A DNA stretch of 64,000 bases from Bifidobacteriaceae bacterium (GTDB lineage Bacteria > Bacteroidota > Bacteroidia > Bacteroidales > Marinilabiliaceae), in assembly GCA_963607345.1 (NCBI GenBank), contig CAVDBL010000004.1, positions 73,627 through 137,626 on the forward strand, in the 5' to 3' direction. The notes beneath the pieces were generated by a model. The model made no database searches. It was not told the DNA's origin and saw only the letters and a list, made by a program, of their open reading frames with translations. The position numbers were made by a program, and so were the translations under genes. This document shows, piece after piece, positions 20,676 through 29,604 of this stretch. The first letter of the stretch is position 1. Each line of letters starts with the position of its first letter.

Positions 20676-21932
20676 ATGCCATCAATATCACAACGCGGCA
20701 TCATCATGCCGTCCTCACCAATCCGCAAGCTCGTCCCCTATTCCGACGACGCTAAGGCGCGAGGTCTCCATGTCTACCACCTCAATATCGGGCAGCCGGA
20801 CATCCTCACGCCCGAGGTCGCGCTCTCCGCAATCAAGAACGCCAAGATCCCCATCGTCGAGTATACCAATTCGGCGGGCATGCCCGAGTACCGACGCAAG
20901 CTCTCCAAATATTACCAGTCCGTCGGCATCAATATCACGCCCGACCAGATGCTCGTGACCTGCGGCGGCTCCGAGGCCGTGCTCTTCGCCTTCATGAGCT
21001 GCCTCGACCCTCTCGACGAGATTATCGTCCCCGAGCCTTTCTACGCCAATTACGAGGCTTTCGCCGCTGCCGCTGGCGCGTGCGTCGTCCCCATAACTTC
21101 GACAATCGATAATGGTTTCACGCTCCCCAGCATCGAGGAGTTCGAGAAGGTCATAACCAACAAGACCAAGGCCATCATGATCTGTAACCCCAACAACCCG
21201 ACGGGTTACCTATACTCCGAGCGCGAGATGAAGCAGCTCCGCGACCTCATCATCCGACACGATCTGTTCCTCATCTGCGACGAGGTCTATCGCGAGTTCT
21301 GCTACGACGGAGCAAAATATTACTCCTCAATGTACCTCGACGGCGTCGACGATAATGTCATCATGGTCGATTCCGTCTCCAAACGTTACAGTGAGTGCGG
21401 TCTCCGCATCGGTCTCCTCGCCACGCGCAATAAGGCGGTCATAAATTCTGCTCTTAAACTCGCGCAGGCGCGCCTCTGCCCACCGACTTTCGGTCAGATT
21501 GCCGCTATGGCGTCTCTCGACGTGCCCGACGAGTATTTCATCGAGATGAACCGTGAGTACTGCAAGCGCCGCAATTTCCTTCTCGATGGTCTCAATAAGA
21601 TTCCGGGTGTCTACTCCCCCATGCCACGCGGCGCCTTCTACACCGTGGCACGTCTCCCTATCGACGATTCTGAGAAGTTCTGCAAATGGCTGCTCTCCGA
21701 TTTCAGCTACAATAACCAGACGCTCATGGTCGCCCCCGCCGCAGGTTTCTATTCCAACCGCACCCTCGGACGTAATGAGGTGCGCATAGCCTATACGCTC
21801 AACTGCGACGATCTCGCCATAGCTCTCGACCTCCTCGCCCGAGCTCTCAAGCTCTATCCCGGTCGTACACCCGAGAGTGGTTCGCCTCTTTCCGAGAACG
21901 AGAAGCGTCTCCGCGATTCCAATGCCGACTAA
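20676..21932 (+). CDS. Pyridoxal-phosphate-dependent aminotransferase, class I/II (aspartate/aromatic type)
   Basis: SPIRKL near the N-terminus, NPNNPTG, and SVSKRYSECGLRIG (PLP-lysine motif). The start could instead be the ATG at 20706. Confidence 0.85.
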   Translation: MPSISQRGIIMPSSPIRKLVPYSDDAKARGLHVYHLNIGQPDILTPEVALSAIKNAKIPIVEYTNSAGMPEYRRKLSKYYQSVGINITPDQMLVTCGGSEAVLFAFMSCLDPLDEIIVPEPFYANYEAFAAAAGACVVPITSTIDNGFTLPSIEEFEKVITNKTKAIMICNPNNPTGYLYSEREMKQLRDLIIRHDLFLICDEVYREFCYDGAKYYSSMYLDGVDDNVIMVDSVSKRYSECGLRIGLLATRNKAVINSALKLAQARLCPPTFGQIAAMASLDVPDEYFIEMNREYCKRRNFLLDGLNKIPGVYSPMPRGAFYTVARLPIDDSEKFCKWLLSDFSYNNQTLMVAPAAGFYSNRTLGRNEVRIAYTLNCDDLAIALDLLARALKLYPGRTPESGSPLSENEKRLRDSNAD

Positions 21933-21938
21933 TCTGTT

Positions 21939-23189
21939 GTGCCAAACCTTAGTCTCTATATCGCGCGCCGACTGATGTCTGGCGGCCCTCGTGGTCACCA
22001 GTTCTCAGGTCCCGCCATTCGTGTCGCTACGGCCGCCGTGGCTCTCGGCATGGTCGTTATGATAATCTCCGTGGCCGTCGGTCTGGGCTTCAAGCGCGAG
22101 ATTCGTGATAAGATTGTCGGTTTCGGTACGCACATTCAGCTTACAAGCCTTAATCTCAATAGCTCCCTTGAGACGCCTCCGCTGCCCTACGATTCCTCTC
22201 TTGTCGAGGCTGTCGCCCAGGTTCCCGGCGTCCGCTCCATTCAGCCTTTCGTCACGAAGCCCGGAATAATCAAGACCGATGACGCATTCCAAGGCATAGC
22301 CCTCAAGGGGGTCGATTCCGCTTTCAGTTGGTCGTTCATCTCCTCTTGTCTTGTCGAGGGCTGTGTCCTTTCCCTCCCCGATAGTGCCAAGTCCGATCAA
22401 ATCGTTCTATCTCACTCCCTTGCGCAACTTCTGAAGCTCAATTTGGGCGACCCGGTGCGCATGTTTTTCGTCAATTCCGAGGGTGTCCGCGCTCGCCGTT
22501 TCACCATCTGCGGCATCTTTGATTCTCATTTTGACGAGTTCGACAAGAGCCTCGCGTATGTCGATATGCGCCACCTTGTCCAACTTAATGGTTGGCAACC
22601 AGGTACCGTCTCTGGCTACGAGGTTCTCCTCTCCAATTTCGATGATATGGATGCCGTGGCGGATAGTCTCGTCTCCATTGTCTCCACGCGTTTCACGTCT
22701 GAGGATGACATGATTCGTGTTCGAGACATACGCGACCTCCAACCACAAATTTTCGGTTGGCTTGCCCTCCTCGACCAGAATATTTTGGTCATCATCGTGC
22801 TGATTATCGCCGTCGCGGGGCTCAATATGGTCTCCGGTCTCCTCATCCTCATTCTCGAGCATACCAATGCGATCGGCATCTTCAAGGCTATAGGTGCGCA
22901 AAACTCCATGTTGCGCAACATTTTCATCCTCATGGCTCTCAGGATCGTCGGTCGTGGTCTCCTTATCGGCAATGTCGTTGGCGTCGGTCTCTGTCTCTTC
23001 CAATATTTTACGGGTGCCGTAGGTCTCGACCCCGAGAATTATTACCTCGATACTGTTCCCGTGCTGCTCTCTGTCCCACATCTCTTGTTGCTGAATGTCG
23101 GCACGGCAATTCTCTCTTTCCTTCTCCTTCTCGGTCCGTCAGGAATGGTCGCTCGCATCAGCCCTGTCAAGTCCATCCGTTTCAATTAG
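21939..23189 (+). CDS. FtsX-like ABC transporter permease (LolC/E-like)
   Basis: N-terminus LYIARRLM..., a TM segment, a large periplasmic loop and three C-terminal TM segments typical of the MacB/FtsX/LolE family. Stop is TAG. Confidence 0.78.
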   Translation: MPNLSLYIARRLMSGGPRGHQFSGPAIRVATAAVALGMVVMIISVAVGLGFKREIRDKIVGFGTHIQLTSLNLNSSLETPPLPYDSSLVEAVAQVPGVRSIQPFVTKPGIIKTDDAFQGIALKGVDSAFSWSFISSCLVEGCVLSLPDSAKSDQIVLSHSLAQLLKLNLGDPVRMFFVNSEGVRARRFTICGIFDSHFDEFDKSLAYVDMRHLVQLNGWQPGTVSGYEVLLSNFDDMDAVADSLVSIVSTRFTSEDDMIRVRDIRDLQPQIFGWLALLDQNILVIIVLIIAVAGLNMVSGLLILILEHTNAIGIFKAIGAQNSMLRNIFILMALRIVGRGLLIGNVVGVGLCLFQYFTGAVGLDPENYYLDTVPVLLSVPHLLLLNVGTAILSFLLLLGPSGMVARISPVKSIRFN

Positions 23190-23194
23190 CCGAG

Positions 23195-24109
23195 GTGGAT
23201 ACTCTTGTCGTCATATCGGGTCCCACAGCCGTAGGTAAGACAGAAGTGTCTATCCGCGTCGCCGAACGTCTTGGCTGCGAAATCGTCTCTGCCGACAGCC
23301 GCCAAGTCTATTCCGAGATGCCCATCGGCACCGCCGCCCCGACAGAAGAGCAACTTGCCCGAGTCCCACACCATCTCGTCCGCTGCCGCTCTGTCCGTCA
23401 GCCTCTCAATGCTTTCGGTTTCGAGCATGAGGCATTGAACATCCTTCCGTCTGTTTTCAAAAAGGGTAGGGGATTTGCCATTCTCTCGGGCGGTTCCATG
23501 ATGTATGTCGACGCCCTATGCCGTGGCATCGATCCCATGCCCGACATCCCCGACGAGCTTCGTGACGATCTCAAAGCACAACTCGCCTCCCATGGTCTCG
23601 CCCCTCTCGTCGAGCGTCTCCAGTCTCTCGATCCCCTCTATTGCCAGTCCGCCGATCTCCGTAATCCGCGCCGCGTGCTCCATGCCCTCGAGCTCTGTAT
23701 CGTCAGCGGAGGTCCAGTCTCCGCGCTCCGCCTCGGCGAGCCTCATCCGCGCCCGTTCCGAATCCTCAAGTTCGCCATCCTGCGCCCTCGCGATGAGCTC
23801 TATGCTCGTATCGATGCCCGCGTCGACCAGATGTTTGCCGATGGTTTGGTCGACGAGGCTCGCGCTCTCTTCCCTCTCGCCGATTCTCTATCCTCCCTCA
23901 ATACTGTCGGCTATCGTGAGCTTTTCTCCTTCTTCCGTGGTGATTATCCCCTCGACGAGGCCATACGGCTCATCAAGCGCAATACGCGCCACTACGCCAA
24001 GAAGCAAATAACGTGGCTGAAGGCTGATCCCGACTATGTCTTCCTCACGCCCGACAATGCTGAAGAAAATATTCTATCAGCTATTGCAAATCTCAATCTA
24101 TTGCCATAA
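23195..24109 (+). CDS. miaA: tRNA dimethylallyltransferase
   Basis: (V/M)DTLVVISGPTAVGKTEVSIRVAERLGCEIVSADSRQVYSEMPIGTAAPT (P-loop plus the MiaA signature). GTG start at 23195. The listed ORF from 22757 is an upstream extension that overlaps the permease gene. Confidence 0.85.
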   Translation: MDTLVVISGPTAVGKTEVSIRVAERLGCEIVSADSRQVYSEMPIGTAAPTEEQLARVPHHLVRCRSVRQPLNAFGFEHEALNILPSVFKKGRGFAILSGGSMMYVDALCRGIDPMPDIPDELRDDLKAQLASHGLAPLVERLQSLDPLYCQSADLRNPRRVLHALELCIVSGGPVSALRLGEPHPRPFRILKFAILRPRDELYARIDARVDQMFADGLVDEARALFPLADSLSSLNTVGYRELFSFFRGDYPLDEAIRLIKRNTRHYAKKQITWLKADPDYVFLTPDNAEENILSAIANLNLLP

Positions 24110-24114
24110 TTTTG
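24107..24114 (+). promoter_or_regulatory. TAnnTTTG -7 promoter motif for tRNA-Glu copy 2
   Basis: TAATTTTG is followed by the same leader (GCATCGTCAAACAACGACA) as copy 1. Confidence 0.5.
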
Positions 24115-24138
24115 CATCGTCAAACAACGACACCATCT

Positions 24139-24210
24139 GGCCGATTCGTCTAACGGTTAGGACATCAGATTCTCAATCTGGCAATAAGAGTTCGATTCTC
24201 TTATCGGCTA
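24139..24210 (+). tRNA. tRNA-Glu (anticodon CUC), second identical copy
   Basis: The 72-nt sequence is identical to 18887-18958. Confidence 0.9.
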
Positions 24211-24216
24211 CCACTC

Positions 24217-24256
24217 GAAGCCCGAAGTTCCATGACTTCGGGCTTTTCTTTTTCCG
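24217..24256 (+). terminator. Intrinsic terminator after tRNA-Glu copy 2
   Basis: GAAGCCCGAAGT tccatg ACTTCGGGCTT hairpin followed by a T-rich run. Confidence 0.75.
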
Positions 24257-24382
24257 CTTCGTCCGCCCTGTTCGCCGCTAAATAGAGCCTCTCCGCCTTG
24301 GTTTAACTGCCATATTTTCATAACTTTGTGCCAGTATGTTTGCCTGTAAAATCGCAGGAGCCAATAACACATTAACCTACCT

Positions 24383-25021
24383 ATGCAGTACGACGAATTC
24401 AAAGCTCATCTCCGCCAATTACGTCAAGATTTTGAGGGTAAACTCCGCTCGACAGGTCGAGACGGCGTCGATGACTGCATCCAAGAACTCGACAACCTCG
24501 GCTTCTTCGCCGCTCCCGCTTCCACACGCTTCCACCTCAATTACGACGGCGGTCTCATGGAGCATTCCATGAATGTCTGCAACGTCGCCCTCCGTCTCCG
24601 TGAGGTCATGATCTCCATGGACGCCTCCCTCAAGCCTTTCCTCCCCGAGGATAGTGTCATCATCGCGTCTCTTCTCCACGATGTCTGCAAAGCCGACATC
24701 TATAAGCCCGTCGTCAAACGCCAAAAGGCTAAGGACGGCTCTTGGGAGGATGTCCCCGGCTTCGACTGCGATTTCTCCAATTTCCCCATGGGGCATGGCG
24801 AGAAGTCTGTCGTCGTGCTTCTCCTCTCGGGTCTCGCTCTCACCAACGATGAGATGCTCGCCATACGTTGGCACATGGCGGCATGGGAGCTGGCTTTCAA
24901 CAGCCCAGATGCCCGCGCCAATCTCAATGCGGCTCGCGACGTCTGCCCTCTCTGCAGTCTCATCCAGTCCGCCGATACCCTCGCTGCCAACCTCATCGAG
25001 CGCAACAAGGACGAGGAGTAA
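24383..25021 (+). CDS. HD-domain metal-dependent phosphohydrolase
   Basis: ...FHLNYDGGLMEHSMNV... and ...ASLLHDVCKADIY... supply the H...HD motif spacing of the HD superfamily. Confidence 0.7.
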   Translation: MQYDEFKAHLRQLRQDFEGKLRSTGRDGVDDCIQELDNLGFFAAPASTRFHLNYDGGLMEHSMNVCNVALRLREVMISMDASLKPFLPEDSVIIASLLHDVCKADIYKPVVKRQKAKDGSWEDVPGFDCDFSNFPMGHGEKSVVVLLLSGLALTNDEMLAIRWHMAAWELAFNSPDARANLNAARDVCPLCSLIQSADTLAANLIERNKDEE

Positions 25022-25088
25022 CTTTAATGTTCCTGTTACGTACAAGCCACTTGTAACAGAAAACCTACTAACACTACATTTCCAAAAT

Positions 25089-27356
25089 ATGAATAGCCTG
25101 TTCAAGATTTTCCTTTTCCTACTGTTCCTCTGCCCTCTATCCGCCACCGCCCAACTCTCAATGGAGAGCGGCAGCGATGGCCCATATCCCACTCCTGTTG
25201 AGGATGTCTGCTGCGCTAAGCCATATATCCATTTGACTTTCGATGGCACTGCTGTATATACCGATGCGGCTTGCGCCAATAAAGCTACCAACATGGCTCT
25301 TCGCAACGCTTCCACTTTCACCTACACCGTCGAAGGCTCTGATGAGGTTAAGTCTCCGAGTTTCTTTGTCAGCATCGAAAATGGCAAGCTCACATATTTC
25401 ATCAACGACATGTCTTACCTCCCCGCAGGTTCCACTGTCACCATCACCACTCCGGCTTTCTACTCCAAGACCGATGGTGAGAATGCCGATATCACGCACT
25501 TTAGCGCACACTCCTACACTTTCCCTATAACTGGCATTGTCGAGCTCAATTCTTCTTGCAACTCTTCCGATCTGAACATCACTTCGCCAGAGACCAAGAC
25601 CCTCGTCATTAAGGCTCCTAACGTCCTCACGGTGAATAGCAACCTCGACGTCGCTAATCTCGTAGTCGAGGCAGGTGACGAGTCTACCTATGCGGCTGGC
25701 GTCGTCGTCGAGACTGGCGGCTCCATCGCCATCGCCGATACCGCCTATTTCCTCTGCCACAACTATTTCCACCGCAATAACGCCTATCTCATCAACCACG
25801 GCTCCTATTCCGCCTCCGCCTCCATCTTCACCAAGTGTGTAGACAATAATCTAAACATCCCATATTCGAATAAGTACAAGGGCTCTTTTGTGTTGGAGTG
25901 CGCGAATGCTGTAAACCTTTCTTTCCCAGTTGAGTCGCCAAATAAAGTTTTTGGCTTCATGACAAAATCGAGCTCGCAATTTCTTATGGTTCTCCCTTAT
26001 GCCGATGTGAATAAGACTTATCGTTACTATTTGGCAAAGGCACCTTACCTTGACGAGTATTCGGGAGAGAATCAATACAAATATGTTTATACTACAGACA
26101 AGAATAATGCTGTAGTATTTCGAGCAAATGGCACGATAAACGATGAAGGTGGGTATTGTGTTCCCGGCAGCTCTTTGTTTGACACAGGCAACTCGACTAA
26201 TAGGGGAGGCAAAGAGCCTGTAACCCAGATGGATAACCCATATCAAGCTTGCATCGACTGGTCTGCGCTTATCGCGGATGAGGCAAATAATGCAGGTTTG
26301 GCAGATCTTCTGCGTTGCGTAAACTTCGGTTATGGTCGTGCGCATCTCTCTTGCGATTATAGTTTTGCGACTGGTCTTACGACGTATGATGGTCCAATGC
26401 AATTTGGTTACGTACAACCTGTAATGGAGCCTGCTCGCTTCTATCAGCTCGATACAGCCCAAAAAGATAACATCACGATTAACCTTGGTAAGAAATATCT
26501 TACTTCCTATGCCGAAATGGAAAAGGTTAAGCCCAATGTGACTGTTCCTTACGTCAGGTTCTATGTCGATGATGTAGATTGCCCCAAAGGTGTCGGTAAC
26601 CGTAGCATCTATGTCGCTTATTTCATTCCTCAAGATGAATACGATGCACTTAAGAAATCCGAGTATAGTACCGTTTATGGTGTAAATCTTAAGAGTGAGG
26701 TCTTTTCTCCTGTGGAGTTGGGATATCATGATGGAAAGACTGCAGGTGCTGGTTACATGTTCCCGTTTATTGGCTGTATTCGTGATGGAAACTTTGTCAG
26801 TCGAATTAAGGCGTTCCCTTTACCAGAAAAGTCAGAATATGAGGAGACAGGGACCTTCAACATGGCGTTGTATCTCGATCCAAAACAAGAGAAAGTAAAG
26901 TTCGGCATCCTTGATTATGGCAACATGGATAGCATTCAGGTTCAATGCGCAGGTCTCTTGCTAAATTCCATTGATGGCAAAAGCCCTGATGTCCTTGAGG
27001 CTGAAGTCGATTTGAGTAACTACGATGAGGAGGTTTTCAAAGTAAACACTACTGGCTATAAATATCTTGAAGTTGATGCACAAAAGGTCGATCCAAATGT
27101 CATTGAAATAACTCGTTATGCACAGAAGAAGCCAACGAGCGACAAGAAGGTTGTAACTAACGAGTTTAGAGTTTCCTCTGTCCCAGGTGGTATCGTTGTG
27201 TATTCTGAGGAGCCAACCGATATTAGTGTCGTGAATGTCTCTGGTGTCCTTGTCAATAATTCGGCTGTTGAGGGAAGTACCTTTATGTCACTTCCTAATG
27301 GTCTTTACATAGTTAAAAACAATAACGGCAAGTCCTCAAAGGTTCTTGTCAAGTAA
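25089..27356 (+). CDS. Secreted protein of unknown function with T9SS type A C-terminal sorting domain
   Basis: Signal peptide MNSLFKIFLFLLFLCPLSATAQ. The C-terminal ~80 aa end ...VVNVSGVLVNNSAVEGSTFMSLPNGLYIVKNNNGKSSKVLVK, which is Por_Secre_tail-like. The listed ORF start at 24654 overlaps the HD gene out of frame, so I use the ATG at 25089. Confidence 0.7.
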   Translation: MNSLFKIFLFLLFLCPLSATAQLSMESGSDGPYPTPVEDVCCAKPYIHLTFDGTAVYTDAACANKATNMALRNASTFTYTVEGSDEVKSPSFFVSIENGKLTYFINDMSYLPAGSTVTITTPAFYSKTDGENADITHFSAHSYTFPITGIVELNSSCNSSDLNITSPETKTLVIKAPNVLTVNSNLDVANLVVEAGDESTYAAGVVVETGGSIAIADTAYFLCHNYFHRNNAYLINHGSYSASASIFTKCVDNNLNIPYSNKYKGSFVLECANAVNLSFPVESPNKVFGFMTKSSSQFLMVLPYADVNKTYRYYLAKAPYLDEYSGENQYKYVYTTDKNNAVVFRANGTINDEGGYCVPGSSLFDTGNSTNRGGKEPVTQMDNPYQACIDWSALIADEANNAGLADLLRCVNFGYGRAHLSCDYSFATGLTTYDGPMQFGYVQPVMEPARFYQLDTAQKDNITINLGKKYLTSYAEMEKVKPNVTVPYVRFYVDDVDCPKGVGNRSIYVAYFIPQDEYDALKKSEYSTVYGVNLKSEVFSPVELGYHDGKTAGAGYMFPFIGCIRDGNFVSRIKAFPLPEKSEYEETGTFNMALYLDPKQEKVKFGILDYGNMDSIQVQCAGLLLNSIDGKSPDVLEAEVDLSNYDEEVFKVNTTGYKYLEVDAQKVDPNVIEITRYAQKKPTSDKKVVTNEFRVSSVPGGIVVYSEEPTDISVVNVSGVLVNNSAVEGSTFMSLPNGLYIVKNNNGKSSKVLVK

Positions 27357-27368
27357 AAACATAAAGAT

Positions 27369-27554
27369 ATGAATGAAAAGAAAGATGATCTCTTCATCAT
27401 CCCTGCATTCTCTCTGATGAAGAAACGTGACGATGCTGTGTGCGCAGGCAATGCGAGCACTGGCGGCAATACCGATAAGGAAGTAGACCCTTGGGAAGAC
27501 GACGAGGAGTCCGATGACACGGGTTTCAATACCTCTTTTAGAAGTATGCATTAG
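27369..27554 (+). CDS. Small acidic hypothetical protein
   Basis: ORF only (61 aa). It is followed by a strong terminator and I recognise no family. Confidence 0.3.
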   Translation: MNEKKDDLFIIPAFSLMKKRDDAVCAGNASTGGNTDKEVDPWEDDEESDDTGFNTSFRSMH

Positions 27555-27575
27555 TGCTTCATCTCTAACTAAAAA

Positions 27576-27605
27576 AGCCTGCATCCAACTGATGCAGGCT
27601 TTTTT
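27576..27605. terminator. Intrinsic terminator, potentially bidirectional (A-run and T-run on the two flanks)
   Basis: AAAAA-AGCCTGCATC caact GATGCAGGCT-TTTTT. Confidence 0.7.
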
Positions 27606-27856
27606 GCACTGTAACCATGCGGTGTCTTCGTCTGTCTTAATGAGCCAAGGTCAATCCTTCTTATTCGTGCTTGCATGTGAATTTCTCTTACTTCCGAAAC
27701 CATATACGTGACTATAAGGCTCGTTGTCGCCGGGAGCCGTGTGGTGCTCCAATATTCCCTCCCCGTTTTACCTCATCACATCCGCCCTTCCTCACCTTTC
27801 CCGCTTGCTAAAGGTGCCGCTCTGCCTGTCATGACGTTACTTCCTCCATGTGTGTG

Positions 27857-27902
27857 GCATAAAATAATCCGCCCACCAAGGTTCTATCCTCGGTGGGCGG
27901 AT
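27857..27902 (-). terminator. Intrinsic terminator for the minus-strand lipoprotein gene
   Basis: 11-bp stem ATCCGCCCACC / GGTGGGCGGAT. On the minus strand it is followed by TATTTTAT, 23 nt after the stop at 27925. Confidence 0.6.
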
Positions 27903-27924
27903 CTTAATCTTAGGTGGGTTAGTC

Positions 27925-28785
27925 CTAATCCTCGTTCACGCTCTTTGCGCGAATAACAAGGTATCTGGAGGTCTTCCAGAATGACGCCTTGTCCTTGATG
28001 ATGAGGACTTTGTTCTCCTCGTCAATGGTGTAGCTGCTCTCAGGATGGCTCGTCAACACCACAAACTTGCGTCCCGTCAATGGTATTCTCTCAACCTCTG
28101 TGACATCAATCTTGGTGAAGAGGCTGTTGTCTACGTTGCCGCTAAGCACTTTCTTGTTGAAGAGGCCGCCGCTGAGCAAGCCCTTCTCTTTAAGTGTGCT
28201 CTTTTCGGCTATGAGGTAGAAGCCCTCGTTCTTCTCAGCCACGGTCTGGTTCAGCGTCTCTTGAGTGTTTGCGCTTACTGTTGCGAGTGAGTCTACAGAG
28301 TTGGAGAGGCGGATGACGGCGTTGTTCAGGTAGCCAATCTCTACGTCCTTCTCGTTCAGCATCTTGTTGAGCTTCTCAATCTCTGCGTTCTGCTGCTCAA
28401 TCTGGGCATTCAATACGTCGATGATCTTCTTGTACTCGCTGTTCTTGCCGAGTGCCTTGTTCAGTTTAGATTGCAACTCCTTGACTTTGTTCTTGTTGTC
28501 AAGAAGCTTGGTGTATATGGCCTGGATGTCGTTGGTCAACTGGTCCTTGTCGCTCGACTCGCTGTTGGCCTGTACTGCTATGATGCCCTCTTTCTCCTTG
28601 ATGTAGTTGAGGTTGCTGTGTACGTCTGCCAAGGTCGTGGCGATGAGCGACATGCTGCTGTCTTTCAACATCACGATGTTGTTCAGCGAGTCGATTGTCT
28701 TCTGCTGCTGGTCCAGTTGCTCCTGGTTGCAGCTTGCGAGTGCCATCAATGTAGCGGCGCCGCAAGTAAGAATAATCTTCTTCAT
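27925..28785 (-). CDS. Coiled-coil lipoprotein, function unknown
   Basis: Lipobox MKKIILTCGAATLMALASC, followed by long heptad-like Q/N/K/E-rich sequence. Confidence 0.6.
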   Translation of the reverse strand: MKKIILTCGAATLMALASCNQEQLDQQQKTIDSLNNIVMLKDSSMSLIATTLADVHSNLNYIKEKEGIIAVQANSESSDKDQLTNDIQAIYTKLLDNKNKVKELQSKLNKALGKNSEYKKIIDVLNAQIEQQNAEIEKLNKMLNEKDVEIGYLNNAVIRLSNSVDSLATVSANTQETLNQTVAEKNEGFYLIAEKSTLKEKGLLSGGLFNKKVLSGNVDNSLFTKIDVTEVERIPLTGRKFVVLTSHPESSYTIDEENKVLIIKDKASFWKTSRYLVIRAKSVNED

Positions 28786-28812
28786 TGTGCTTTTATTTTT
28801 GTTTTAGTAGTG

Positions 28813-29604
28813 TTATTCAGCTGTCTCGCGAGGCTCCCTGTGCTTCTTGCTCCTGCGCAATGCTTTCAGGTCTACCTCCTGTTCTTCGCCTTCTTCGTTC
28901 TCTTCCTCTGGCGTCTCGTTGCCGTTCTTGCGCCATCCCGTGCCACCAACAATGAGCACAATCTCGCCCTTCGCCGGTGTCTCTTCGAAATGCTCGCGCA
29001 GCTCCGACAACGTTCCGCGTACCGTCTCCTCAAATACCTTGCTTATCTCGCGTGATACAGATGCCAGACGGTCACTTCCGAACGCTTCGCTCATCTGTGC
29101 CAATGTCTTGGTCAGCCTGAATGGACTTTCATAAAATATCATCGTCCTCGGTTCTTCTGCCAGCCTTGTTAATACGGATTGCCTACCCTTTTTATTGGGT
29201 AGAAATCCTTCAAAACAAAATTTGTCGGCAGGAAGTCCGCTGTTCACAAGGGCAGGAACGAAGGCTGTCGCTCCAGGTAGGCAACTGACTTTTACTCCTT
29301 TGCTTATGCAACGGCTTACTATCAAGTACCCGGGGTCTGATATGGCTGGTGTGCCGGCGTCGCTCACCAATGCGGCGTTCTCGCCGGCCGCGATGCGGTC
29401 TGCGTATCGGTCGGCAACTTCGTGCTCGTTAAATTTGTGATAGCTGATTAGCGGTGTCGTGATGCCAAAGTGCTTGAAGAGGATGCTTGTCGTCCTCGTG
29501 TCTTCTGCCATCACAAATGCTGCCTCCCTTAGTGCCGTAAGGGCGCGGGCTGTTATGTCTTCCATGTTGCCGACGGGTGTCGGCACTATCGTAAGTTGGC
29601 TCAT
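28813..29604 (-). CDS. rsmI: 16S rRNA (cytidine1402-2'-O)-methyltransferase with charged C-terminal tail
   Basis: LTIVPTPVGNMEDITARALTALREAAFVMAEDTRTTSILFKHFGI...SDAGTPAISDPG is the RsmI/tetrapyrrole-methylase fold signature. Confidence 0.88.
   Translation of the reverse strand: MSQLTIVPTPVGNMEDITARALTALREAAFVMAEDTRTTSILFKHFGITTPLISYHKFNEHEVADRYADRIAAGENAALVSDAGTPAISDPGYLIVSRCISKGVKVSCLPGATAFVPALVNSGLPADKFCFEGFLPNKKGRQSVLTRLAEEPRTMIFYESPFRLTKTLAQMSEAFGSDRLASVSREISKVFEETVRGTLSELREHFEETPAKGEIVLIVGGTGWRKNGNETPEEENEEGEEQEVDLKALRRSKKHREPRETAE

Noticed and set aside
22757-23194. N-terminal 146 codons of the listed 450-aa ORF (22757-24109)
   Set aside because: This part overlaps the FtsX-type permease gene in another frame and gives an R/P/S-rich nonsense-like sequence. 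MiaA homology begins at the GTG at 23195.
24654-25088. N-terminal extension of the listed 900-aa ORF (24654-27356)
   Set aside because: It overlaps the HD-domain gene out of frame. A proper signal peptide begins at the ATG at 25089.
27700-27860. Candidate SRP RNA, 6S RNA or a riboswitch on either strand
   Set aside because: I could not find the conserved SRP domain IV motifs or any riboswitch core I know, and no gene lies downstream in either orientation. It is kept only as a low-interest orphan region.
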